This document shows, in pieces, positions 12,734-25,540 of a stretch of DNA of 64,000 bases. Both the position numbers and the translations under genes were made by a program. Under the pieces are notes generated by a model. That model made no database searches. It had not been told where the DNA came from and saw only the letters and a program-made list of their open reading frames with translations. Each line of letters opens with the position of its first letter. Position 1 is the stretch's first letter. Origin of the DNA: Eledone cirrhosa (Eukaryota); the NCBI GenBank assembly GCA_964016885.1, contig OZ024740.1:342302001-342366000 (forward strand). The letters are read 5' to 3'.

Positions 12734-13082
12734 GGAGGCACATGGCTTAGTGGTTAGAGCATTGGCCTTGCAATCGAAAGGTTGTGAGTTCAATTCTCAG
12801 ACTGGGTGATGTGTTGTTTCCTTGAGCAAGACACTTTATTTCACATTGCTCCAGTTTACTCAGCTGTAGAAATGAGATGATAGGGACTGGAGTCCCTATC
12901 ATTCTACTACAAAGTGGTTGTGGAGGTGCCACGTCAAAAAAAGCACCCAGCACTCACTGTAAATGAGGTTGGTGTTAGGAAGGGCATCCAGCTGTAGAAA
13001 TCAAGCCAGAATCAGTTCCGTCCCACCCTTGCAAGCAGGGAAAAGCGGACGTAAAATGATGATGATGATGATGATGATGATG
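12734..13082 (+). mobile_element. tRNA/CORE SINE, full length, nested in a hammerhead-bearing element
   Basis: GGAGGCACATGGCTTAGTGG head through GGACGTAAAATGATGATG tail. Confidence 0.9.
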
Positions 13083-13193
13083 TCCTTCTGTTTTAATCCT
13101 TCGATTGATAAGTGGTGTGGTATGTGTTTCATGTATTTTGTAGTCTCCCCCATCAAAGACATGAATTTTTGAATTTTACGTTTATTTTCTTTC

Positions 13194-13320
13194 TGGTTCT
13201 GAAGATGAGGTCAAATCATAGTTTGGTTTTCATATCATCCATACCTATCGATTCTAAAATTGATGGATTTTATTTTTACTGACCGAATTATGGTCTAGCT
13301 TCTGAAACAATTGTAAACCA
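13194..13320 (+). ncRNA. Type I hammerhead ribozyme motif with ~98-nt stem II
   Basis: TGGTT-CTGAAGA-[long G:U-rich hairpin 13206-13303]-GAAA-CAATTG-TA-AACCA; stem I TGGTT/AACCA, GUA cleavage triplet. Confidence 0.8.
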
Positions 13321-13399
13321 ATAAATATTTCTTCAAGAATTTGGTTGTGTATTCTCTGACAATAATTATCATTATCATCATCGTCATCATCGTTTAACA

Positions 13400-13430
<31 letters not shown>

Positions 13431-13435
<5 letters not shown>

Positions 13436-13622
13436 GAGGGAAGTGTGGTAAAGAACCAGGTGGACCATAACACATCAGAGTACTTGATACTTTGGGTAGT
13501 AGAGTGGGTAATAGGAAAAGGTTCAGGACCAAGACGGCAGAGCTCAAGCCGTTTCTGGAGTCCAGAAATAGGCGGCAAAACGGCTTGAGCTCTGCCATCG
13601 GGGTCGTGAACCTTTTCCTATA
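13431..13622 (-). mobile_element. Fold-back half-hammerhead element, family 2, copy 1
   Basis: ~80-bp unique tail plus palindrome 13511-13622, within (TA)n. Confidence 0.85.
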
Positions 13623-13738
13623 TATATATATACATATATATATATATACAAGGATCGGAATTAAGAGTATTCCGCAGTTCACAGTAATAATAATAATATT
13701 AACTCAAAGAAGAATAGAGAATTTTCTTCTGAGCTCGG

Positions 13739-14135
13739 ATACAAATATATTACACAAATAGAAGTGTGTTACGCAGTGAAACGTGTGTAAAGGATTATTA
13801 CAAGTGATTCTTACCGTTACTGAATAGAAAACAATATCTATAGGTTTAGCAATTAAATAGAAAAAAACCTAAGTTAGAATCAAATCACTGAAGTAGAGTT
13901 TTAAATTACTAACCTTATAACTATAATAGTTATAAGGTTTAATTTACTAACCTTATAACTATAATAGTTATAAGGTTAGTAATTTAAAACTCTACTTCAG
14001 TGATTTGATTCTAACTTAGGTTTTTTTCTATTTAATTGCTAAACCTGTAGATATTGTTTTCTATTCAGTAACGGTAAAAATCACTTTACACACATTTCAC
14101 TGTGTAAACACACTTCTATTTGTGTAATATATTTG

Positions 14136-14138
<3 letters not shown>
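13739..14138. repeat. 400-bp palindrome with duplicated central hairpin
   Basis: Arms 13739-13910 and 13978-14138 are reverse complements; AACCTTATAACTATAATAGTTATAAGGTT occurs twice at the centre. Confidence 0.9.
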
Positions 14139-14225
<87 letters not shown>

Positions 14226-14234
14226 ATATATTTT

Positions 14235-14550
14235 CATCATTCATCATCATTTTATTTTACGTCCGCTTTTTCCCTGCTTGCAAGGGTGGGACGGGAACTG
14301 ATCCTGGCTTGATTTCTACAGCTGGATGCCCTTCCTAACACCAACCTCATTTACAGTGAGTGCTGGGTGCTTTTTTTTTTGCCGTGGCACCTCCACGACC
14401 ACTTTGCAGTGGAATGATGGGGACCGCAGTCCCTATCATCTCATTTCTACAGCTGAGTAAACTGGAGCAATGTGAAATAAAGTGTCTTGCTCAAGGAAAC
14501 AACACATCACCCAGTCTGAGATTTGAACTCACAACCTTTCGATTGCCTCC
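14235..14550 (-). mobile_element. tRNA/CORE SINE with head deletion
   Basis: Same family as 12734-13082; A-box region missing. Confidence 0.85.
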
Positions 14551-14568
14551 ATATATATATGTGCCTCC

Positions 14569-14637
<69 letters not shown>

Positions 14638-14671
14638 TATATACATATATATCTATACATATATATATACA

Positions 14672-14835
14672 TAATGAAGGAGTTGTGGTAAGGAACCAGA
14701 TGGACCATAATGCACCAGAGTACTCAATACTTAGGGTAGTAGAGTGGGTAATAGGAGAAAGTATGACTCCGACGGTAGAGCTCAAAGCCGTCGAAACGGC
14801 TTGAGCTCTACCGTCGGGGTCATACTTTCTCCTAT
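14672..14835 (-). mobile_element. Fold-back half-hammerhead element, family 2, copy 2
   Basis: Tail plus palindrome 14751-14835 with the centre deleted. Confidence 0.85.
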
Positions 14836-14888
14836 ATATATATATGAAGGCACATGGTTTAGTGGTTAGAGCATTGGCCTTGCAATAT

Positions 14889-15234
14889 GGAGGCACATGG
14901 TTTAGTGGTTAGAGCATTGATCTTGCAAGCGAAAGGTTGTGAGTTCAATTCTCAGACTGGGCGATGTGTTGTTTCCTTGAGCAAGGCACTTTATTTCACA
15001 TTGCTCCAGTTTACTCAGCTGTAGAAATGAGATGATAGGGACCCCAGTCCCTATTATTCCACTGCAAAGTGGTCGTGGAGGTGCCACGGCAAAAAAGCAC
15101 CCAGCACTCACTGTAAATGAGGTTGGTGTTAGGAAGGGCATCCAGCTGTAGAAATCAAGCCAGAATCAGTTCCTGTCCTACCCTTGCAAGCAGGGAAAAG
15201 TGGACATAAAATGAAATGATGATGATGATGATGA
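14889..15234 (+). mobile_element. tRNA/CORE SINE, full length, preceded by an extra head fragment (14846-14886)
   Basis: High identity to 12734-13082. Confidence 0.9.
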
Positions 15235-15269
15235 TATATATATATATAAAGAGAGAGAGAGCAAAACAT

Positions 15270-15640
15270 TTAAACTCCCCGGATGCAATTAAAGATGTGA
15301 TTATTTCAGAGGAAGATATTGCACATGTGATCAGCACCTGCCCCAGAAATATTAACACACCACTGTGCTGGTGATAAAACAATATACAATGCAGTTCATG
15401 GGAAAACAAACTGCTTTATGATAAATATAGAAGATGATTGTGATGTTGAGTACAGAGATACGTTTCAACACAAGGAATATTGGTGGAACATTCCCATCAA
15501 AATGTCCTTCAATTGCAAATATAAGAGATCTGATATGGTTGTTTGGCAGAGAAAATGAAAATCAGGCACAGTCTAAATACCAGCTGCCTTACAGATGAGA
15601 ATGTTTCGTTCTAAATCATAAAGAAATATGAAATAAAGAA
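15270..15640 (+). mobile_element. Decayed R4/Dong-like non-LTR fragment
   Basis: EDIAHVISTCP (zinc-knuckle remnant) and EYWWNIPIK...RSDMVVW, homologous to 18419-18802. Confidence 0.6.
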
Positions 15641-16341
15641 GCCTACAGCTTCTTAAAGGATTGGGAGGATCCTTCAGTTGTATAAAAGACATAATGGCCT
15701 CCCTAGTGCTGGGTTAATGATAAAATGCACTTGGTAGAGTGTGGGATTATATGTAAGCAAAACATGGGCCTTTCAGCTCATCTGAGGAGTCAGCTGTCCC
15801 ATTTGAGTACTAATTTGGTCTGTGAAGACTTGTCCAATTCTTGCTAGGCAGAGAAAACAGATGTTAAATAATTGTTTCTACTTTTTTGGCTCAAGGCCAT
15901 CAATTATCCCAGTACATTACTGGTACTTTATTTTAACGACCCCATAAGGATGAAAGGCAAAGTTAACCTCGACGGGATTTGAACTCAGGCCGTAAAGGGA
16001 CGTAACTCTATATAGCAAAGCATGGAATCTGATCCTCTACCGATACTATCACATCACAGATGTTAAATAATGATAATGAAGATGATGATGCATATGTATG
16101 TATGTATAGACAATAGACTTGAGCAGTTTCTGTCCACCAGATTTTACTTGCAAGACATTGGTCAACCTGAGGTTGTAGTAAAAGACACTTCCTTAAGGTG
16201 TTGTACAGTGTGACTGAACCCGAAACGATGTGTTGCAAAGCAAACTTCTTAACCATACAGCAATGTCTGCATATATTGTATTATTAAGTGTCTAAGTGAT
16301 AGTTTCAAATGTTGAAGTTTTAAGACAAAGTGGCCAGCTAA

Positions 16342-16680
16342 CATCATCATCATCATCATCATCTTACATCCATTTTTCTAAGCGAGCATGGGTTAGACGA
16401 GTTGTCCTGTTGTGGGCAATGCCAGGTCAGGTGACCATGTCTTGCTCATACAGAGCTGATTTTGGCTTTGGTTTTTACAGTTGGATGCCCTTCCTAATGG
16501 CAACCTCATTTACAGTGAATACTGGGTGCATTTTGTCATGACGCTTACATGACCAGTTTACAGTGTGGATTGGGTGCCTTTTGTCATGACACCTACATGA
16601 CCACTTTACAGTGTGGACTGGGTGCTCTTTGTCATGACACCTACATGACTACTTTACAGTGAGAGAGGATGGGGGTATAC
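16342..16680 (-). mobile_element. 3' end of a second RTE-related family with ~44-bp tandem units
   Basis: Shared GGATGCCCTTCCTAA motif; CACCTACATGACCACTTTACAGTGTGGACTGGGTGC repeated about three times; second copy at 23410-23760. Confidence 0.7.
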
Positions 16681-18418
16681 TGTATATATGCTTTGCAAAT
16701 AAAAGCTGTAAGAAGAGTAATAACATGCAAGACTTTTTAAAATTTAACACATATCTCTTCACCATTGTTATCTAAATACCAACTATTAAGCTTTGTTTCT
16801 TTGTAAGAAACCAATTCTTATTTTTATCATCATTATCATCGTTTAACGTCTATTTTCCACACTAGCATGGGTTAGATAGGAAGAATTCAAATAATTAAAA
16901 AAGAGATATAACATATAGCTAAAAGAAACTATAGGAGGAGACTTAAGATCAGTTCAGACTGCCTGTATTAAAGTGTTATTACATATATAAAAACCTTCCA
17001 AGTCTTATTTAAGAATTTTTTGTTTAGAAATGTTTCAAAAATCAGCTTACAAATGAAAAAGTTATTTTATGAAATTCCTCAAAAGTTTTGGTTATTTTCA
17101 AAATTAATTGAAACATATTAACAGTGTTCAATACTTATTGAACAAAATATATACACACACACCTTCCATTACCCTCCCTTCTACCAGCATTTGCTCTGGA
17201 TGACATTTCTCTGATGTAGGTGCCAGAATAAAATGCACTTAGTACAATCTGCAGAGCAGTTGGTAATAGGAAGTACATCCAGTTATAGAAATATTGCCAA
17301 TGTATGAACAAGATGTAATCCTCAACCCATCTAGAAGATCAATAATTTTGAATAAGAGGTGACTCAGCCAGTTTTTATTGAGCATGGGAAAACAGCTGTA
17401 AAATAATGATGCTGATATGGGTGTGTGCATGTGTATTTGTGTGTGCATTATATATGGATACAGGCATACATACATACAAACACATGCTCACACACACACA
17501 CACACAAATGCGTATATCATCCTGATCATCAATTTTATGATCTGAATCAGTTCTTATTCAAAGTTACTGCCCTCTCCCCACATACAATGTGGGCTAGATC
17601 GTCTCTGGGCTCTTCACCTCATGGGAGATAAAAAAATTCTCAACTTTTGGGCATTACGCATCATCATTTAGTGAACAATTCTATTTTTCTCAAATTGTAG
17701 GCAGCTTTCCCCAGTCATAAACCACCAAACATTTCTATTCAAAGTGAAATGGTGTCAATTTTTAAGGCTGGTGGTATGGATTTATATTTATACCATCATA
17801 CCATCATACCATCATATAATGTGAGCATTCTTGTCAGCTTAGCTGAAATGATTGTAAAACAAGGCATTAATAACTATCTAACCTTGTTCTCTTATCTTTT
17901 CATTGTTCAACATTATGTATTTGACTTTGTAGTTTGAATACTCACTGATATATAAGAGGGCCATTGTACCACAGAAGTGGATAGTACACTTTATCAATTG
18001 AGTATTCATCTTAGCACTACATTGAGATCCAAGATGATCATAAGTCCTGCCTTGACTAAACAGAATACTCACATGTATGTATGTATGTATGTATGTATGT
18101 ATGTATGTATGTATGTATGTATGTATGTATGTATGTATGTATGTATGTATGTATGTTCTTCTGGTTTTATAATTTCACAAAGTTTTACCAATATAGAGAG
18201 AGTCGGTTTCTAACATAGACACAAGACTCTCTCATTGGAATTTACACAACATCAACTAGGTAGATATGTATGTATGCATGCATGTGTAGATATGGATGTT
18301 ATTGTATGTGTGGATGTGTATGTTTTGAGTTGTATGTATGCATGTGTACATGCTTTGTATCTGTACATGTGTATATGCAGTTATTAGATGCAACATTTTT
18401 GGAATACTTTACATATTT

Positions 18419-18810
18419 TTACTGTTCCATTAATGGATTGTACTTGTATATCCTAACTAGTTGTGTTCTTTCTGTTCCTGTGAAGCCTAGCTTCTCAAGA
18501 TTTGTATTGAGGCAGTTACTAACATACCCCAGTGCCTCAATAATCACAGGCATAAATCTGAAGGTGTAATCAGGGTGGAGTATCTGCAGATTTCTCATCA
18601 GTTCTGCATAAATATTCTCCTTTTCACTAATCTTTGATATTATATTGGCATCTGCTGGGCAGCTAATTTCCACTACTGTGCATGTTTTCTTCTCCCTGTC
18701 CCATATCATAATATCTGGTCTGTTATGCCTGCATTTTATTGGGGTTTTTACTGGAACATTCCACCAGTACTCTTTCATATTATGTACATGGATGTCTTCC
18801 ACATTGTATG
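18419..18810 (-). mobile_element. R4/Dong-like non-LTR fragment, restriction-like endonuclease domain
   Basis: YWWNVPVKT...HNRPDIMIWDREKKTCTVVEISCP...EKENIY...PVIIEALG carries the RPD..E..P..K..Y motif. Confidence 0.85.
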
Positions 18811-20068
18811 TATGTATGTTTGTTTGTCATGCTGCTCTTCAGCATTACTGGTATTATGTAATCCAGTGCAACCTGTGCTTGGTTAGGTCATTGGCAACTA
18901 AACAGGCAACCACACCAAGCTTGCTTGTTTGGTGAGAAGGGGTTTTTGGATACCCTGCGGTATGAAAAATAAAACCCAACAAAGGGCAGGGTATCTCAGG
19001 ACAGTCAACAGCCATCCAATAAAGAATTTTGTTTTGTGGAGTAAGATACTCCTAGTCTTCATTAAGACATCTCTCTAGGAGAAGGTCACACTGATATAAA
19101 ACCTGCCACTTTATATCCAATGATGGAGACCAGTTAGACCAGTTTTCCTTTTTGGGTAAATGTATTTAATGTTCAGAGAATCAGATTGGTCCTGTGCAAA
19201 GCCATTCCTCACTTAAAAAAGCTTCAAGCACAGTCATTGCTTGATATGTGATATTTTTTGCAATGCATGGTATTGTTGGCCAAAGGCAAGTCCCAAGCAT
19301 GACTAAAAAGCCACGTCTGTGATGCTCATGTTTAAGAATCAAGTGATGACACTACTCAAAATCAAGTTGTAGCCATCATCTTGTATGTATGTATGTATGT
19401 ATGTATGTATGTATGTATGTATGTATGTATGTATGTATGTATGTATGTATGCATGCATACACACCCGCACACATACATATATACATATACACATATACAC
19501 ATACATGCATGCATGCATGTATGTGTATATGTATATCTATGTGTATCAGACATGTCACAAGAGCAATATGCAACATCTGTTCAATATCATATCATCTAAT
19601 GCCACTTAAATATATATATATATATACACCCACATATATATATATATATATGTATATGTGTGTGTACCTGTATGTGTGTGTGCATGTCTCAGTGTGCATA
19701 TTTAGTTTACAGAAAGCAAGGAGAATTATAGAACAACTTCCTCTGTTAAATTGGTGGGTCTCTTCAGTTACATACCCTTTTCAACAAATACTCTGACATT
19801 TTGTTGTCAAGCAACACAAGCTGTAAGTTTCATCATAGCTTAAGTAGTCTTCATGTCTAATGTAACCCAGTAGGTTGACAGAGACAACTGTTCTGTGATT
19901 ACCAAGCATTCTGCAAGCTGTATTGCCTATCACTTAACACTACTTTATATATATATATATATACATACTTATTGTGGTTACATAACTTCTAATTGAATGG
20001 AAGGAAGTATGGGTGGCGTGTTGGTATAAAGGTAACACATTGGTCTGGCAAACCAAAGATGTGGGTTT

Positions 20069-23000
20069 GTGTCCCATGTACGTCAAGACTCATCCTTTTT
20101 TCCATTCAGAATGATTTTTAAAATCCTAACTAACAGACTAATTCTATTTAGTCAGCACAGTCCCAGCAACTACAACAGTCTTGCCAACAATAGGGCAGAT
20201 GTATCTGGTACAACAAGCATAATAACAGCAAATATCCAGGGTCTTTATCCGAAAACAAAACAGTGTAAAGTCCCTTTCTTGGAAGAATTAGCAACAGAAA
20301 GCAACTCCAAAATAATTGGAATTATTGAAAGTCATCTCAACGAAAACATCCGCAACAGCGAAATCTCAATCAATGGATTCAACATCTTCAGATGTGATAG
20401 ACAAGGCAGATCCCATGGGGGCGTTATCATGTATATCCATGATACCTATGCATGCATAGAACTTGTCAATGAATCAAATGCCTACTGCAACCTGCTGTGC
20501 ATAAAAATCATCCAACTTAATACAGTTGTAACAATAATGTACAGACCACCAAACAGCCCAACATTATCCTTCACTGAGCCACTGACAAAGCTCCAACAAA
20601 TTCTGGGAAACATGGTGAGTCCAATGCCAGACATTATCCTCCTTGGTGATTTCAACTTCCCTAACATCATCTGGCCACATGGACACATACTAAAACTGGG
20701 GACAAAAGCTGAACAAATACAGGCAGCCAAACTGTTGGAAGTCACAGAGAAATTATACCTCAAATAAATGATGACAGAAGCAACTAGAAATAATAATACG
20801 ATCGACTTGGTTTTCACCAACAACGAGGACACGCTATTTGACCTTCACTCAACCCCAACAATCCTTTCAGACCACAATATTATTGAAATGCATTTACACA
20901 TTGGTAATGAGCCCAATGACACAACTCTTAAACAAAAGGACATGCCAAAGCTATGCAGGTATGATTATCACCAGGCAAATTGGGAAACTATTAACAACCA
21001 GTTACAAATCATTGACTGGGATCTCTATCTTACTGGGCCAGATAAACACAAGAAATTCTTAAACAAGATCGAAGAAATATGTGCAAAAAATATTCCTCTT
21101 AAGAAAACCAAATCCACAAAAAAACCTGTACCACAGGAGCAAAAGATCCTGATGCGCAAAAGGTCAAGACTAAGAAACAAAACATCTAAGCTGACATCAA
21201 AATATGAACTACAGAAAGTCCTTGACCAAATATACAGATTAGAAGACAATCTAAAACAACACTATGATGAAGAACGTAACAATGCAGAAAAGAGAGCCAT
21301 AGAAAACATCAAGAAAAATCCAAAATGTTTCTACAGTTTTGCAAAGAAATACTCGAATACCAAGTCAACAATAGGACCTCTCCAGAGACAAAATGGGGAT
21401 GTAGTGAATAACCCTATTGAAATGGCAGAAATGTTGGGTCAACAGTATGAAAGTGTCTTCAGTGAGCCATCTAAAACCATGAAGATCCATGACCCAGGAG
21501 AATTCTTCAAGGATATCGACCATACTAAACCTACCCTATCCGACATTGATTTCAACCCAGAAGACATAGAAAGAGCCATAGACAAGCTCTCCATGCACTC
21601 GGCTGCGGGGCCTGATGGTTTCAATGCCATGATACTTAAAAACTGCAAGGTACAATTGTTGAAACCCCTTTACATGATATGGAAGGAATCTATGGAGAAT
21701 GGCAAAATACCAAATACATATAAAGAAGCACACATAACTCCAATACATAAAGGGGACAGCAAATCAAAACCAAAGAACTACCGACCAATCTCACCGACAT
21801 CACACATTATCAAGGTCTTCGAAAGAATAGTTCGTGGAAAACTGGTTGAGTTCCTGGAATCCAACAATCTGATGAATTGCAATCAGCATGGATTCAGGTT
21901 AGGTAGATCATGTCTTTCCCAACTACTGGCACACCATGACCAAATCCTAGAAAATCTAGAGAATGGATACAACACAGATGTTATTTACCTCGACTTTGCC
22001 AAGGCATTTGACAAGGTAGATCATGGCATCCTGGGACACAAACTTCGAAAGCTAGGAGTAGGAGGAAAAGTTGGTACATGGATACATGAGTTCCTTACAA
22101 ATAGAACTCAAACAGTCACTGTGAATGGAACCCATTCAACACCATCACCTGTGACCAGCAGTGTTCCTCAGGGTACAGTACTCGGCCCGATCCTGTTTCT
22201 CATCCTCATCTCTGACATAGATGAAGATACAACTAGCAACGTCTCATCCTTTGCTGATGACACCAGGGTCATGAGACAAATCAAAGATGAGGTGGATACA
22301 GAGGCCTTACAAAAGGACCTAACCACCATATACAAATGGCAGGAAACAAACATGTTGTTCAATGATAAGAAGTTTGAACTAATTCGCTACGGAACAGATC
22401 AAGATCTGAAAAATACAACAAACTACAGAAACCCATCAGGACAACAAATAATGGAAAAACAGTGTGTGAAAGATTTAGGCATCCACATGGGAACCAGCCT
22501 AAAATTCAGAGAACACCTTGACTCAGACTGTCTTACTGCAAGAAAGTACAGCGAGTGGATCTTGCGCACCTTCAAATCAAGAGATACCTCAACAATGAAA
22601 ACCCTCTGGAACAGTATGGTACTTCCGAGGATTGACTACTGTTCTCAGTTGTGGTCACCAACAACAAAGGGCCAACTATCTAAGATGGAATCGCTCCAAA
22701 GAAATTTTACCTCATACTTCTCAGAAACGAGGGACCTGGACTATTGGCAAAGACTCAGAACCTTGAAGATGTACTCAATAGAAAGAAGATTTGAGCGATA
22801 CCGAATTATATACATTTGGAAAATGATAGAGCAAAAGGTACCAAACTTTGGTATCAAAACCTACCACTCACTGCGCCACGGAAGACGCTGCCAGCTACCA
22901 CCAATCAACAAAAGGGCTGGCCAGGCAGCAAAAACCCTGCGAGAGTCAAGTCTGTTGGTTCGAGGGGCACAACTATTCAACTCCATTCCGGTACATGTCA

Positions 23001-23206
23001 GAAATCTATCAGGATGCAGTGTGGAATCATTCAAATTGCAGCTGGATAGATACTTAAGCACCATTAGAGATGAACCCCATCTCCCAGGATATACACAACG
23101 AGCACAAACTGACTCAAACTCGCTCCTACACATGTCAAAATTAAACAGAGAATCCAACCTGGCAACCACACCAGACTCTGAGGGTGGAGTCTTCGACTTG
23201 GCCTGA
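20069..23206 (+). pseudogene. LINE ORF2 (AP endonuclease + reverse transcriptase) split by one in-frame TAA at 20765-20767
   Basis: ORFs 20069-20767 and 20768-23206 are adjacent and in the same frame. Confidence 0.9.
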
Positions 23207-23241
23207 GCATGGACTCAAACTCAAATGAAATGAAATGAAAT
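20130..23241 (+). mobile_element. CR1-group LINE, almost complete ORF2 region with (TGAAA)n tail
   Basis: APE motifs ANIQGL, GGV, YRPP, LGDFN, IDLVF, SDH; RT motifs YLDFAKAFDKVDH, VPQGTVLGP, FADD; tail 23221-23241. Confidence 0.92.
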
Positions 23242-23315
23242 GGCGTAAGCACACATTACTACCTAATTTTCAAATTCGCTAGCTGTTTGTAAACAAAGCC
23301 TGCTTTGTGTCTCCC

Positions 23316-23358
<43 letters not shown>

Positions 23359-25475
23359 TCATCATCATCACTGTTTAATGTCTATTTTCCATGTTTGCAT
23401 GGGATATGTATATCATCATCATCATCATCCCCATTTTACGTTCACTTTTCCATACTAGTATGGGTTAGACGAGTTGTCATGTTGTGGTCAATGTTAGGTC
23501 AGGTGACCATGTCTTGCTTATACAGAACTGATTTTGGATTGGTTTCTACAGCTGGATGCCCTTCCTAACACCAACCTCATTTACAGTGAGTGCTGGGTAC
23601 TTTTTTTCTGTGGCGCCTACATGACCACGTTACAGTGTGGACTGGGTGCTTTTTGTCATGACACTTACATGTCCACTTTACAGTGTGGTCTGAGTGCTTT
23701 TTGGCGTGACACCTACATGATCACTTTACAGTGGGAGGGTGCGGGTGGAGGTGGCATACTGTGCATGCGTTTCAGCTTTGGCCTGAGTCCATGGGAAGTC
23801 AGGTCTTCTGTATTATATATTTATATATAGTTAATAAATAAAACAAACAAAACACAGGAGGCAATTTTTACAGTTATATTAGGTTCGTGTTTGGTGGAAG
23901 TAGAGGAGGTTTCAACGTTTCAGACAGAAGTCCTTCTTTAGGAAAGTTTGAATAAAGAGAGAACAGATACACATAAGAATAGTTAGAGAAGAATAGAGAA
24001 GGAAATAAAAAAATATATATATTATTGAACCAACACTTCACAGATAAGGTCTAATATAACAGAAACAAATCTGGAGTTGTCTCCTTTACTTGCTGGGAAA
24101 ATGAATGTGTAATGAGAGAAGCCTCAGTTTTGAGTAATCAAATAAATTCTTCTCCCATTTGTAAATTCCAACACACACACCATTATGTATGTATGTATGC
24201 ACAGGGACATGGAAATACTCAGTTTGGTGCATGAGTGCACGGTTAACCCACTGGGAGTGAGAGACTACTAGTTCTTGTTAGTACATCATTCTAGGAGAAG
24301 GAAATATCTGATGTAAAACCAGTAACTCAATGATAGCCAATGATGTTGACCTGTTCTTCTTTTTGGATACCTGTCACTGTTGTTCAGAGAGTGGGATTAG
24401 TACAGTGCAAGGCTTTGCTTCACCTAAGAAAGCTTTGCATCACTGAAGCATAGGCACCATTTGATCTAAACAACTTTTGTGTATGTTACATGATCATGGC
24501 CTTTTCTTTTTTATTTCACTGTAGAGAAAGAAATCTAAGTCCTTGGAAAGGATAAATAATCATTTTTGTGCCACCCAAGTGTGAGAAAATGGTCAAGGGA
24601 TGGCAATTCTTGAAACTGAGATGCAGTCACTATTTATTTATGTATGTACATATGCATGCATATATATGCATGTATATATATATATATATATATGTGTATG
24701 TGTGTGTGTGTGTGTATCTATGTCTTTGTATGTATTTATGTATGTAAATCTGTCTAAATACATAACTGTGTCAGTGCATATCTGCGTGTATATTATGTGC
24801 ATGTCTGTGTATAAACTATAAGCTTTGAATATAATCTCTCTTCTATATTTCAATGATTCTAGAATGTGTTAACAGTTAAAAGATATTTTATAAAGAAGCA
24901 GTATTGTTTAAAATTCCTCTAAAAACTATAAAGTTAAAGAAATTTTGCACTTCATTCTTGCCATGTCTCTTTAGAGTTTCTACTTTCTGTCTCCAGAATT
25001 CTAACTTTTCTTCTGTTTTCACTTGAGAACTTTGTGAAATCCTGTTAAACTTTGCTTGTGTTTCATAGACCCACCCATTTCTTTAATTCCAACAGATTTT
25101 GGCCAAACAAACAACTGTAAACCTTCATGCTCTGTTTTTGTATAAATAATTATACAATATCAATTACATCCTTATAACTGTATGCATGTGTATATGTACT
25201 TATATATGTGTACATGTATGGTCTCCCCCCTCTCTCTCTGCATATATATATATATATATATATTGGCAGCAATGTTTTAACATACACTTTCCTTGCTAGC
25301 AAGGATATATATATATGTACTGTTTGTAAGCATACATGTACTCTCTATATATGTATATGCCTATGTGCATATATTATATATGTGTGTATAATATAATTGT
25401 ACATGTTGTAAGATTGATATCTGTGAGTGTGTGCATTGTTCTTATATAGGAACCTATGTAAATAAATGTGAGTTG

Positions 25476-25537
<62 letters not shown>

Positions 25538-25540
<3 letters not shown>

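Noticed and set aside
13739-14138. Parvovirus-like terminal hairpin
   Set aside because: No NS1/Rep or capsid remnants seen nearby.
12131-15141. Recurrent peptide LSKLEQCEIKCLAQGNNTSP resembling a gene family
   Set aside because: Antisense translation of SINE copies.
16500-16665. Regularly spaced ~44-bp repeats resembling a CRISPR array
   Set aside because: Units are tandem without unique spacers, the context is eukaryotic, and no cas genes are present.
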